From a virus (Duplodnaviria > Heunggongvirae > Uroviricota > Caudoviricetes), in IMG/VR virus record IMGVR_UViG_3300031413_000001: a stretch of 64,000 nt of DNA. One strand, 5' to 3'. Made by a program: the position numbers and the translations under genes. The notes under the pieces are model-generated. The model had not been told where the DNA came from and ran no database searches. It was given only the letters and a program-made list of their open reading frames with translations. This document shows positions 28,918 through 37,596 of this stretch, piece by piece. The number at the start of each line of letters is the position of its first letter. Positions within the stretch are counted from its first letter, which is position 1.

Positions 28918-29364
28918 TTACTCTTTTCCGTCGAGAATATTCCGCACCCTCTGTGCCAGCTCTTCAACCTGATAGGGCTTAGCCAACATGCTGAAGCCAT
29001 CCTGGTTCTTGCTGCCGTCGAGCATGCCTGCTCCGTATCCGCTGCAAAGCAGGATCTTGACGTCCGGCATCACTTCCATGACTTTCCGCGCAAGTTCCAC
29101 GCCATTCATACCACCCGGCAACACAATGTCGCAGCACATGATAGCAGGCTTGAAACCGCCGACCAGCTTTTGGATGGCCTCATTGGCGTTCAGGGCGCCC
29201 TTGACCGTATAGCCATAATCCTCGAGAACGTCCATTGCGAACTCAAGGATCATGGGCTCGTCATCAACGATCATGACGTTTTCGGTGCCCGTGTTGGGCT
29301 TCTTTGTTTCTGCTTTGGCGGCAAGCTGCTGGAGCCCAGCCGCAATACTGGTTAGGTCGTCCAT
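28918..29364 (-). CDS. single-domain response regulator (receiver of hybrid-kinase type)
   Basis: IVDDE, phospho-Asp DIVLPGGMNG, SGY, KPY. Confidence 0.9.
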   Translation of the reverse strand: MDDLTSIAAGLQQLAAKAETKKPNTGTENVMIVDDEPMILEFAMDVLEDYGYTVKGALNANEAIQKLVGGFKPAIMCCDIVLPGGMNGVELARKVMEVMPDVKILLCSGYGAGMLDGSKNQDGFSMLAKPYQVEELAQRVRNILDGKE

Positions 29365-29453
29365 TCTCAATCCCCTAGGAGTTAACCCATTATGGTACAA
29401 CTCCGCTCAACAATCAATAACTGTTGTACTTAGCGGATTGAGAATGTTGCGGT

Positions 29454-29900
29454 TTACCGCTTAGAACGAGGACGAGGGGGAGTCGGAATGTATGTCGATC
29501 CCCCCATTTTGGGATGAGTATAACCATTAGGAGTGAATGGGGGGATCTTTGCAGCTTCTTGAGCAATAAAGGCCGCACGACCGGCCTGTGCCCACCCAAT
29601 GTAAGCATCCCAGACGCTTTGCACCAGGTTGTTGGTTGCCTGTCGAAGCGACACCGGCTCGTCGGAAAAGCCCAGTGCCTCGAGGACGAACTGGTCACGA
29701 ACCCTGTCGAGCATCTCGAAGAAATCGTCCTGTGTCCGGGTCGTCTTATCCGAGATCAGCTTGGCGTTGTCGTCAGCACCCTGTGCGGTTGCGCGAATCA
29801 GGTACTCGGCTTCCGGGCCCATGCCGTTGAACTGTTTGCCCGATGCAAGGATGCGGATCATGTAGTCTGCGGCGTAGATCTTCGTCTGGTCAATGTCCAC
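29454..29900 (-). CDS. hypothetical protein
   Basis: promoter element and RBS. Confidence 0.75.
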   Translation of the reverse strand: MDIDQTKIYAADYMIRILASGKQFNGMGPEAEYLIRATAQGADDNAKLISDKTTRTQDDFFEMLDRVRDQFVLEALGFSDEPVSLRQATNNLVQSVWDAYIGWAQAGRAAFIAQEAAKIPPFTPNGYTHPKMGGSTYIPTPPRPRSKR

Positions 29901-29966
29901 GTGCTGTCTCCTGTTTGCCTATAAACCAGAGTTAGCACCATGGGACTGCACGTCAACCGCTTTTTA
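29901..29966 (-). promoter_or_regulatory. early promoter/leader/RBS element (representative - copy)
   Basis: AAAAAGCGGTTGAC-spacer-GGTGCTAACTCTGGTTTATAGGCAAACAGGAG. Confidence 0.8.
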
Positions 29967-31211
29967 CCAGTCGCTGCTCGAACCGCTGCTGTCATAGCTG
30001 CTCCCGCTGTAGCTGCTATATTCGTAGCCACGATTGTCTGTGAAGTTGCTCTGTCCACGAACCTTGGCCTTGGCAGCTTGGAGCAAGCGATCCTGCGCCA
30101 ATTTTTGCTGGCGGCGATTCTCGTCAACGTATGCCTGCTGCTCAGCAAGTCGAGCGGCCTGCTTCTTTGCTGCAAGCCACAAGTTGGCTTCCTGTGCGGT
30201 TGGAAAGCCAGCGACCTCGTCGCCATACTGCACCATGACCAGATCGTGATGATCAAAGTTCTTTGCAATGGAGTACTCGTACTCTGCATAGTCCTGGGCC
30301 TGCTCGGCATCAAGACGATCAAGCTCTGCGAGTATCTCGTCAATGACCATTTCGGCATTCTTCTGCCGATGCTTGGCCGCGATCTCTTCGGCAGTTGCCT
30401 GACGAATTCCTGGGAAGCCAGTGACACCCTGGGGACCAACAGTCGGCGGAGGCAGAAGGCTCTGATCGACCAGCTCATCAGTCGAGAGGGGAATATAAAC
30501 CTTGGGCTGATAGTTCTCAGGAACAGTCCACCAGTCGGGAGCCAGCGTGGGCTCAGCGAGGATGCCACGAGGATTAAGCCAGAAGGCATCCGGGGTCATC
30601 CAATACAGATCATTGTTTTTGCGCTGCTGGGCTTCACTCCAGTAGGGGTTGACTTTGGGCTCCGGCTTTAGGACGATTGGTTCGCGAGGCTCCAGGATCT
30701 TAGTGATCGCTTCATCGATCTCCTTTTGACCATTCTGAAAGCCCTCAAGCCACTTCTTGTCCCGTGCGGCCCTGATCTCGTCACGATGCGTCCAAACGTA
30801 CCAGAACTTGCTGGCCGTGACCATCAGACCATCGCGGCCCAGGTTGATGTCCATTTGGTCCTCGACCACAACGGGGAGGTTGATCTTGGGGGCCTTGACC
30901 TCTGGGAGATTCTCAACCAGCGCCTTGCGGTACAGCTCACCCTTGCCAGTAAGCCAGTAGCGACCGTCCTCACGAACGCTCACGATGTTGAGGCGCTTCA
31001 TGTTCTTCATGGACTCAACTTCGCCACGAGGATCATAGAGATGTGCGCGGATCACGTAGCTTCGAACGTTGTCGGGCCAGGCTCCTGCGACGCCTTCTGC
31101 ATTTTGGATCAGGTCGATCTGATAGTCCGAGAGGCCAAGATCGGCCATCTGCAACCAGGTGTTCTGGTAGCGCACTGCCCTGACCGTTTCTCCTGCATCA
31201 ATATGCGACAC
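29964..31211 (-). CDS. hypothetical protein with coiled-coil and S-rich C-terminus
   Basis: AGGAG RBS; 415-aa ORF. Confidence 0.8.
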   Translation of the reverse strand: MSHIDAGETVRAVRYQNTWLQMADLGLSDYQIDLIQNAEGVAGAWPDNVRSYVIRAHLYDPRGEVESMKNMKRLNIVSVREDGRYWLTGKGELYRKALVENLPEVKAPKINLPVVVEDQMDINLGRDGLMVTASKFWYVWTHRDEIRAARDKKWLEGFQNGQKEIDEAITKILEPREPIVLKPEPKVNPYWSEAQQRKNNDLYWMTPDAFWLNPRGILAEPTLAPDWWTVPENYQPKVYIPLSTDELVDQSLLPPPTVGPQGVTGFPGIRQATAEEIAAKHRQKNAEMVIDEILAELDRLDAEQAQDYAEYEYSIAKNFDHHDLVMVQYGDEVAGFPTAQEANLWLAAKKQAARLAEQQAYVDENRRQQKLAQDRLLQAAKAKVRGQSNFTDNRGYEYSSYSGSSYDSSGSSSDW

Positions 31212-31265
31212 CGTTGAACTCCTACTGCCCTCTATTCATCCACTTTATAACCTGGTTTCCAGTGT

Positions 31266-31928
31266 TCAACCGAAAAATACCAGTTCAAAGCGACGAACGA
31301 GGTCTTCATGGCCAGCAGCACGAATCAGCTTGATGACCTTTTCTTCAACGCCCTTGTACTTGCTATGAAGGACGCTCACAACCTTTAGACCTGTAGTGGG
31401 AGCCTCGGTCAAGCGCACGATTGCATCATCGGGGAACGGTACAACGCCAGCACGACATAGAGACCATGCCGCGCTGAGCAGCGCGCAGGTATGCTCCTCC
31501 CGATCATCCCACACGTTCTTGAGCCCGATGCGATCACCCATTGGGCTCTCAAACATCAGGACCTTTTTGTTTTCCTTTCGAATGGTCTGCCAGCTAAGAT
31601 ACTTCTGTGGAAGCTGACTTATGATCAGATCAGCCACGGGCGCCATCTTGCCCTCAAAGACCACAAAGTCAGGAGCAAGGCCACGCCGCAGAATGCAGCG
31701 GATAAACTCCGTGACGTCCAGGGTATTGGCCTTGACATGCAGCTCATCGATCAGGATAGCACTGACAACCAGCCCCGAGGGATCACTGTTCTTGTCCAGA
31801 TAGTCCTTCATGACGTCCAGGCTTTGGTGTTGCTCATCGCCAAACACCTCGTCGGCATAGATGTGCGCGAACTCCACGAACATGTCGGGGACTGGCAAGT
31901 TCCGCAGACCTGGAAGATGACTTCCCAT
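31266..31928 (-). CDS. hypothetical protein, SCO2522-like / HUP-fold candidate
   Basis: VEFAHIY, ILIDE, CALLSAAW.L.R.G, SVL..KY..VE..V. Confidence 0.45.
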   Translation of the reverse strand: MGSHLPGLRNLPVPDMFVEFAHIYADEVFGDEQHQSLDVMKDYLDKNSDPSGLVVSAILIDELHVKANTLDVTEFIRCILRRGLAPDFVVFEGKMAPVADLIISQLPQKYLSWQTIRKENKKVLMFESPMGDRIGLKNVWDDREEHTCALLSAAWSLCRAGVVPFPDDAIVRLTEAPTTGLKVVSVLHSKYKGVEEKVIKLIRAAGHEDLVRRFELVFFG

Positions 31929-32140
31929 CAGAGACTCCACATGATCCAGAGGGGCCACAACACCACGACCAAGAAGACCAGGAACCAGATGGGGATAAAC
32001 TGTCGGGGCTTCCAACGCATATTTTTGGGAACACCATCGGACCACCAGATAAACAGCACGAACACAATGGCCGTGAGTCCAGTCAGTAGAACACCGGTGA
32101 TGCCGTGGACGAGGTTCATCAAAGTGATTGTAATGCTCAT
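31928..32140 (-). CDS. small membrane protein
   Basis: 2 TM; TGATG coupling. Confidence 0.7.
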   Translation of the reverse strand: MSITITLMNLVHGITGVLLTGLTAIVFVLFIWWSDGVPKNMRWKPRQFIPIWFLVFLVVVLWPLWIMWSL

Positions 32141-32178
32141 ATGTTCTGAGTAACACCAGTTCGCAGCATGTCAACCAA

Positions 32179-32475
32179 TCAACGGAAGACTGGCTTTTGA
32201 GTCCGATCAAACCAAGTCAGCTTGAACAGCATGGCATCACTGGCGTCCTGTATGTAAAAGGGCCGGACACTGCCTCCCTGGTTTGCACCCCATGTCCAGT
32301 TGCCCTGGAGCGTATCGTCGCACCACTCCAAGATGTCATGCTTCTCGTCCGAGACTCTGACAACCCGACCATCCCGCTTTCGTCTGTATTGTGTGGGGAT
32401 CGGTACGTGGAAGACATGCCACTCCAAGCACTTTAGACTAAATGGACTTGGCTGACTCATCTTTTTCCACAACAT
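32179..32475 (-). CDS. hypothetical protein, AxxFKL-motif family
   Basis: EWC...FYIQDASDAMLFKLTWF. Confidence 0.75.
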   Translation of the reverse strand: MLWKKMSQPSPFSLKCLEWHVFHVPIPTQYRRKRDGRVVRVSDEKHDILEWCDDTLQGNWTWGANQGGSVRPFYIQDASDAMLFKLTWFDRTQKPVFR

Positions 32476-32734
32476 GCTCTAGGAACGCCATCCTGAATAG
32501 CATGGCTTGCTCACGATCCTCAATAAAGAACCCAACATGCCAGGCCGTATAGAACGTCCACTCGCAGGTCAAGACGTCGGTTGCCCAACGTCCTGCCTTT
32601 CCACCAGCCGTGTGGTGAATGACGACCCGATGCCAGCCCATCTTTTGAGCTGGGTTGTTCTCCGGCTTTCCTCCCAGGAGCTCGTGAAGGGGACCAAAGT
32701 TTTTGGGCTGGCTCAAATCGCTCCATGCTCCCAT
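32438..32734 (-). CDS. hypothetical protein, AxxFKL-motif family
   Basis: FFIEDREQAMLFRMAF. Confidence 0.7.
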   Translation of the reverse strand: MGAWSDLSQPKNFGPLHELLGGKPENNPAQKMGWHRVVIHHTAGGKAGRWATDVLTCEWTFYTAWHVGFFIEDREQAMLFRMAFLEHVVEKDESAKSI

Positions 32735-33129
32735 GCGTCAATGACGGGCGCCGGGCTAAAGCGGCGCTTGAACTCCGCCTTGACGGCCTCGGCCTCGCTC
32801 TCGGCCTCCATCTTGGCCATGAAGCGGTTGTACGCCGCCTGCTCGTTGAAGCGCTCGGCGATCGTCAGGGTGTCAAAGACCTGACCATGCTTCTGGTTCA
32901 AGTAAGCGAGGCGATTGGCGCGGGCTGCTGCCTCTTCCTTCTCGGACTGCGCGAACTGCTCCTCGTAGGTGTCGAAGAAGTGGAGCATGGACTCCACACT
33001 GTGGCCGCGGGGGCGGAAGCCGTTGATCCCCTTGTAGAGATCGCTGTAGGCCTCCTGAAAGGTCATCGTGGCCATGTCGGCCAGGGTGAGGGTGCGGGTG
33101 ACGCCGTTGTCGTTGAACTGAAGACCCAT
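32713..33129 (-). CDS. hypothetical protein
   Basis: YSDLYK..NGFRPR; promoter element and RBS. Confidence 0.75.
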   Translation of the reverse strand: MGLQFNDNGVTRTLTLADMATMTFQEAYSDLYKGINGFRPRGHSVESMLHFFDTYEEQFAQSEKEEAAARANRLAYLNQKHGQVFDTLTIAERFNEQAAYNRFMAKMEAESEAEAVKAEFKRRFSPAPVIDAWEHGAI

Positions 33130-33203
33130 TTGATTCACTCCTCTGCCCGGCAACAGCGCCGATGTTCTGGATTTAACACCAGGAACCCAGTTGTCAACCA
33201 GGT

Positions 33204-33716
33204 TTAATCGTCCCAGTCTAAATCAGGAGCCACGGCCTTGTAGGCATCCCGGAACGTCTTGACCTGCATGATGGGATGCTTCAGGATCACTTCACGGACC
33301 GGCTTGGGCTCCTCTTTGAAGCCCGCTATGCTGCCGAGGAACGTGTTGACGCCCTGGCCCTCCACGACCCAGCGAGTCCGCGTAACAACGATGTAGTCGC
33401 CGCGCTTTCGCACCAGATAGTAGGCCTGATCGCGGTCACGATTGCGCTCGTGCCAGAAATACTTGCCACGCGCACCGAAGTCGCTGAGCAGCTTTCCGCC
33501 GTTGGCGCCGGCCACGTTGTCGAGCAGATAAAAGAAGGCCGACGTGGGATTCCGGACCAGATCGGGCCGACCCCAGAGACTGGCCGTGCGACGAGGACGC
33601 TTGTCACGATAGCTGGACGAGGTCATGCCCGACTTCCGAAGCGACCGCTGCCACTGCTTCTCGCGGTGCTTTTCGTACTGTGCCAGGGTCATCTGCCAGA
33701 GGCGTTGCTTACCCAT
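33204..33716 (-). CDS. hypothetical protein
   Basis: GAGGAG RBS. Confidence 0.7.
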   Translation of the reverse strand: MGKQRLWQMTLAQYEKHREKQWQRSLRKSGMTSSSYRDKRPRRTASLWGRPDLVRNPTSAFFYLLDNVAGANGGKLLSDFGARGKYFWHERNRDRDQAYYLVRKRGDYIVVTRTRWVVEGQGVNTFLGSIAGFKEEPKPVREVILKHPIMQVKTFRDAYKAVAPDLDWDD

Positions 33717-33836
33717 CGATCTGCTCCTCGTAATTGGGATTGACGATCAGAACAACGGCGCCCCACCGCTTGGTTGCTCGTGCCAGGGCCAGTTCCAGGC
33801 CGCTCATTTGGTTGAAGAGGAAGAAAGCCGTTCTCC

Positions 33837-34403
33837 TTAGTTAAAGTTGGGTTTGGCAAAAATGGTCTTGACATCGTTGACGACCCGATCCCGGTGCTCG
33901 TCATAGCGACGCTTAAACTCGCCCATGTCCTCGCGGTGGATTCGAACTGCATGATAGTCCGATGCGTCCAGGGGACGAGTCTTGCCCCAGGGCTTTCCAT
34001 TGTTGAAGCGGAGTCCCTCACCGAGTGCAGGATAGCCCTCAAGGCGTCCGTCGATGTAGCGCGAGCCATACTGGCACTGTTGGCCGAGAACGCTGCGCGA
34101 GAAGTCGCCGAATGGGCTGTAGCCGTCATCGTGGAACTCGTCGTGGACGATGTCGCAAAGCACGACACCCTGCATCATCGTGGGATCATCGGCCGTCTGC
34201 ATGGGCTCCCGCATCCGGACGATTCCTCGAACGGAAAACTGCGCGAGGCATCGACGATCGAGCCAGCACTGGTTGAAGCTGACCTTTTCGTGGCGGCCGC
34301 AAAGCCAATCAACCACCTCGCCATCCGAGTCCGTAACATAGAACATGCCACCGTTCTCATTGTAGTGGAGATCGAGGTCTTGACCATTGTAACGAATCTT
34401 CAC
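33837..34403 (-). CDS. hypothetical protein
   Basis: promoter element, AGGAGATCGA, GTG start. Confidence 0.75.
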   Translation of the reverse strand: MKIRYNGQDLDLHYNENGGMFYVTDSDGEVVDWLCGRHEKVSFNQCWLDRRCLAQFSVRGIVRMREPMQTADDPTMMQGVVLCDIVHDEFHDDGYSPFGDFSRSVLGQQCQYGSRYIDGRLEGYPALGEGLRFNNGKPWGKTRPLDASDYHAVRIHREDMGEFKRRYDEHRDRVVNDVKTIFAKPNFN

Positions 34404-34452
34404 ACTCGATCTCCTTTTGTTCCGATAAACCAGGACTAGCAGGCTTTTCCTG

Positions 34453-34794
34453 TTAGTCAACCATGCTTTGCAGGAAAGCGTTGATGCCAGCGTCCTTCAG
34501 GACCTTGGCGTAAGCGCGGCTTGCTGCCTCGCGAACCTCGATCGACTGCCAGGCCACGCAACCCGCTGGGTACGTTACCTCGGGGCGAACCTCGTAGCCA
34601 CCGTTGTAGCTCTTATCGCCCAGGTTGTTGTCCTTCAGGAACTTGACGAACGGACCGCGCGCCGGGCGAATCTTCACCCATGCAAACCCACAGCATCCGA
34701 ACATATTGCTGGACTCGCCATACTTGGCGATCAGGTCGTCGACTGCCTTCTGGGCTGCCGTGGTTGCTTCCGTGTGGAGTGCCTGTGCGTCCAT
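34453..34794 (-). CDS. hypothetical protein
   Basis: CGFAWVKI.PARG..V..LK, common phage early family. Confidence 0.75.
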   Translation of the reverse strand: MDAQALHTEATTAAQKAVDDLIAKYGESSNMFGCCGFAWVKIRPARGPFVKFLKDNNLGDKSYNGGYEVRPEVTYPAGCVAWQSIEVREAASRAYAKVLKDAGINAFLQSMVD

Positions 34795-34851
34795 GTTCAA
34801 TCTCCGATCTGCGTTTCCGATGTACCAGAGTTAGCACCAGTATCCCGTGCG

Positions 34852-35163
34852 TCAACCAGACTTTTCAGTTATCTCGTCAAAGGCTTCCTTGATATGAACC
34901 TCGATGCGAAGGCGCCAATCAAGAGAGTTGGCGAGGTGCTTGGGGAAACTGTTCGCCGCCTCAATCAGCCGGTACTGTTCGCCATCGTGACGGAACAGAA
35001 GCTCATGCTGGGGCTTCTTGCTTTTCAGAAAACGCTGAATGCGGACGCGGTACTCCGGCGCATCCTTGGTGTCCGTTGGGGATAGGTTTGCAACCCAGAC
35101 CAGCCCTGCTCCTGCAAGACTGGTCCAGATTGCGTAGGGAAGCTGGAGCGGCGGAGGCGTCAT
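34852..35163 (-). CDS. hypothetical protein
   Basis: ATGA overlap. Confidence 0.6.
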   Translation of the reverse strand: MTPPPLQLPYAIWTSLAGAGLVWVANLSPTDTKDAPEYRVRIQRFLKSKKPQHELLFRHDGEQYRLIEAANSFPKHLANSLDWRLRIEVHIKEAFDEITEKSG

Positions 35164-35555
35164 GCCAGCGCCATTTCCACGTAGCTCATATCAACGATGG
35201 GCTCGGGCGGCTTCGTCGTGATCGTGATGAAAATGTCGGCCGGCGAACCATCCTTCCGTACAGTGTGATCGACCAGGAAGCCGGGGCTGCAACCGCACGA
35301 GCAGCCGGCCTTCTGCGACCACCGGATCTTGCCTTCGAGCTCCGGATGCTGCTCGAGGACGATGGCCTTGTAACGTGCGCTGGGACGCTGGCGGCGCTCC
35401 ATCAGATTCTCGATGATCGTCTCGCCGTCTTCGAAAACGTACACCTTGCTGTTGCTGTAATAGCGACGCATTGCATACGAACCGCGACCTCCGCGCTCGC
35501 TACGTGGGTAGCTGCGAGCCTGCGTTTTGTCTTCCTTGATCCGAACCAGCGCCAT
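35160..35555 (-). CDS. hypothetical protein with WSQKAGCSCGCSPGF motif
   Basis: promoter element and RBS. Confidence 0.75.
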   Translation of the reverse strand: MALVRIKEDKTQARSYPRSERGGRGSYAMRRYYSNSKVYVFEDGETIIENLMERRQRPSARYKAIVLEQHPELEGKIRWSQKAGCSCGCSPGFLVDHTVRKDGSPADIFITITTKPPEPIVDMSYVEMALA

Positions 35556-35630
35556 GTGACCAACTCCTGTGTGCGTTTCCTATGTACCAGAATTAGCACC
35601 AAACAGGAACACGTCAACCAGGTTTTTACC

Positions 35631-35843
35631 TTATTTTCCACCAAATATTCTGGGCAGTCCCATTACGCTCTCAAGCGCGATGTCGGTGTATTTGCCGGCA
35701 TCCCGTAAACCAACGCTTGTCAGCAATTCAGGAAAGGTCACATCATACGCGCGGAGACGCAGGGCATCGCCGGTCAAGCCCTTGAATGTCCCCGCATCTC
35801 GATGAAGTTCCAAGATGGCATCAGCGGTGTTTTGAGCGTTCAT
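35631..35843 (-). CDS. hypothetical protein
   Basis: ATGA overlap with NMNAT fusion. Confidence 0.65.
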   Translation of the reverse strand: MNAQNTADAILELHRDAGTFKGLTGDALRLRAYDVTFPELLTSVGLRDAGKYTDIALESVMGLPRIFGGK

Positions 35844-37555
35844 ACCACATCCAACAAAGCGTCGACGTGCCAGCGGCAAAAGTCCTCCATGGCGCCATCC
35901 TTGCCCCAGCCAATGCTGTTGGCCAGTTCCTGCAGGTCCAGTGAGCCATCCCTGATCAGGATCCCACTGTCGGTGAAGAAGCGGACGTTGGCCTGCCAGA
36001 TCACACGACTAAGTTCCATTTCGGCCGAGGGCGGAATCTTTGCCCGACTGCGAAGGCTCACATAGGGAAGCGCATATGGTGCGCGGCCTCGTTGACCACC
36101 ATTGAGCACAACGGAAAGCCCACCCATGTGACTTCCAACGATAAAGTCCCTCAGGTCCACCACATCATAGTAGGCGTCGTCCTTGTAGTCTGCAAAGTCC
36201 GAGAGAAGGATCACATCCGTGATGTTGATGCGATCGCCCAGTCTCATCCGTGCGCTGTTGATGGTCTCACCAGTCACGCTGTCATCTTCGACCAGCACGT
36301 AATCGCCGTCCGGGATGCTGTCCGCCTGTTCCTGCAAGCTGTCGAAGCCAAAGCGCGTATCGCGGAACAATGCCGAGAACTGTGAGCTGCTCTGACTGAA
36401 GTAGCGAGTGCTGTCCAGGTGGTGTACGCCCTGGTAATGGAAGAATGGATCTAAGCTGATCACCTTCCGATCACCGATCAGCCAAGTGGCCTTTTCCTTC
36501 TGCTCACTTACCGGCAGGAGATGGACTTTGTGATTTCCGCCTGCACCTTTGAACAAGTGTGCGATTGCAAGCCGAATTGCGCTCTGAAGCTGAACCCGAC
36601 GCTTTGTGAGCTCCTCACGACCGCCCGGCATCCTATTTGCCCAGCCGACGATTGCCTCGTCTTCCTCGTTGCGGATCAAGTAGGGAAGATTTCCTGTGTC
36701 CTGGTTCTTGTATTCCTGGAAATACTTGGCAACCCGGGGGTTCAAGTGATGATGCTCACCCTCGCGTACCAGCTTGCTCGACACTTCACTCCGCGTTACC
36801 TGTACGCTTGGAATACCAGTTTCCTGGAAGCCACTGTTGTCGGAGCCGTAGACGTAAAAGACATCAAAGATCTGTCCCAAGTTCTGGGACAAGTATGCTT
36901 CCATCCGGCGAGCAACCGCCGTGAAGTTTACCTCGCCCGGCATGTAGCGGGCAGCCCAGGGATCGACCTCAAGCCAGTCGCTGTCCTGCGTTGCGAGCTC
37001 CACCATTGCGATACGATGGACTGCCGAAATACCAGCCGTTCCGTTGTACTTTTGGCTAACGTAGCTGTCATGTCCTGGGGCGAAGAAGCCGCCCATTACT
37101 TGAAAGCCCTGGCCCTCAACGATCTCACGAGCGCGCTCCATCATTGCGATGTGCCCGTTGTGGATGGGAGCCATTCCGCCAGTTGTGATCAGGACTGCCC
37201 TGCGACCACCATTGTTTCCGCCGATCAGCTTGAGCAGGTTGTTGCGAACCTTCTGAAGCGACGTGGTCTGAAACGTTGGATTGTAGGTTCTATATTGCTC
37301 AACCAACTTGGGGAGCCCGTCGTCGAAGAATCCTGCGTTGAACAGGTCCTTGGTGTCGTGACGGAAGTCATAGACCTCACGGTACGTGGGATCGCTGAGT
37401 GCTTTCCAAGCGTACCGCTGATCGTCCGTTAGCACCTTGCCCGAACCAGCTTCTTCGATCTCTTCCCGCGTTGCTACGCGATGAAGGCCCAGCAGATTAT
37501 AAAGATCCGCTTCCGGTCGGTGGGCTGTTATGCCGCATGAATAAGTGTCCGTCAT
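35840..37555 (-). CDS. fusion: J-domain remnant + NMN/NaMN adenylyltransferase + type I PRTase-like domain
   Basis: TTGGMAPIHNGH (HxGH), HRIAMVELATQDSDWLEVDPW, YGSD; YVLVEDDSVTGETI PRPP-loop; LYNLLG...ALSDP..R..YD. Confidence 0.8.
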   Translation of the reverse strand: MTDTYSCGITAHRPEADLYNLLGLHRVATREEIEEAGSGKVLTDDQRYAWKALSDPTYREVYDFRHDTKDLFNAGFFDDGLPKLVEQYRTYNPTFQTTSLQKVRNNLLKLIGGNNGGRRAVLITTGGMAPIHNGHIAMMERAREIVEGQGFQVMGGFFAPGHDSYVSQKYNGTAGISAVHRIAMVELATQDSDWLEVDPWAARYMPGEVNFTAVARRMEAYLSQNLGQIFDVFYVYGSDNSGFQETGIPSVQVTRSEVSSKLVREGEHHHLNPRVAKYFQEYKNQDTGNLPYLIRNEEDEAIVGWANRMPGGREELTKRRVQLQSAIRLAIAHLFKGAGGNHKVHLLPVSEQKEKATWLIGDRKVISLDPFFHYQGVHHLDSTRYFSQSSSQFSALFRDTRFGFDSLQEQADSIPDGDYVLVEDDSVTGETINSARMRLGDRINITDVILLSDFADYKDDAYYDVVDLRDFIVGSHMGGLSVVLNGGQRGRAPYALPYVSLRSRAKIPPSAEMELSRVIWQANVRFFTDSGILIRDGSLDLQELANSIGWGKDGAMEDFCRWHVDALLDVV

Positions 37556-37596
37556 GCCACCCACTTTGCACCAGTCTGGAGACCAGTCAACCAGCT

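Noticed and set aside
36521-37432. Long antisense ORFs (also 39993-40835, 44318-45226, 56182-57174, 20263-21078)
   Set aside because: Shadows of GC3-rich genes on the other strand; no RBS or recognisable motifs.
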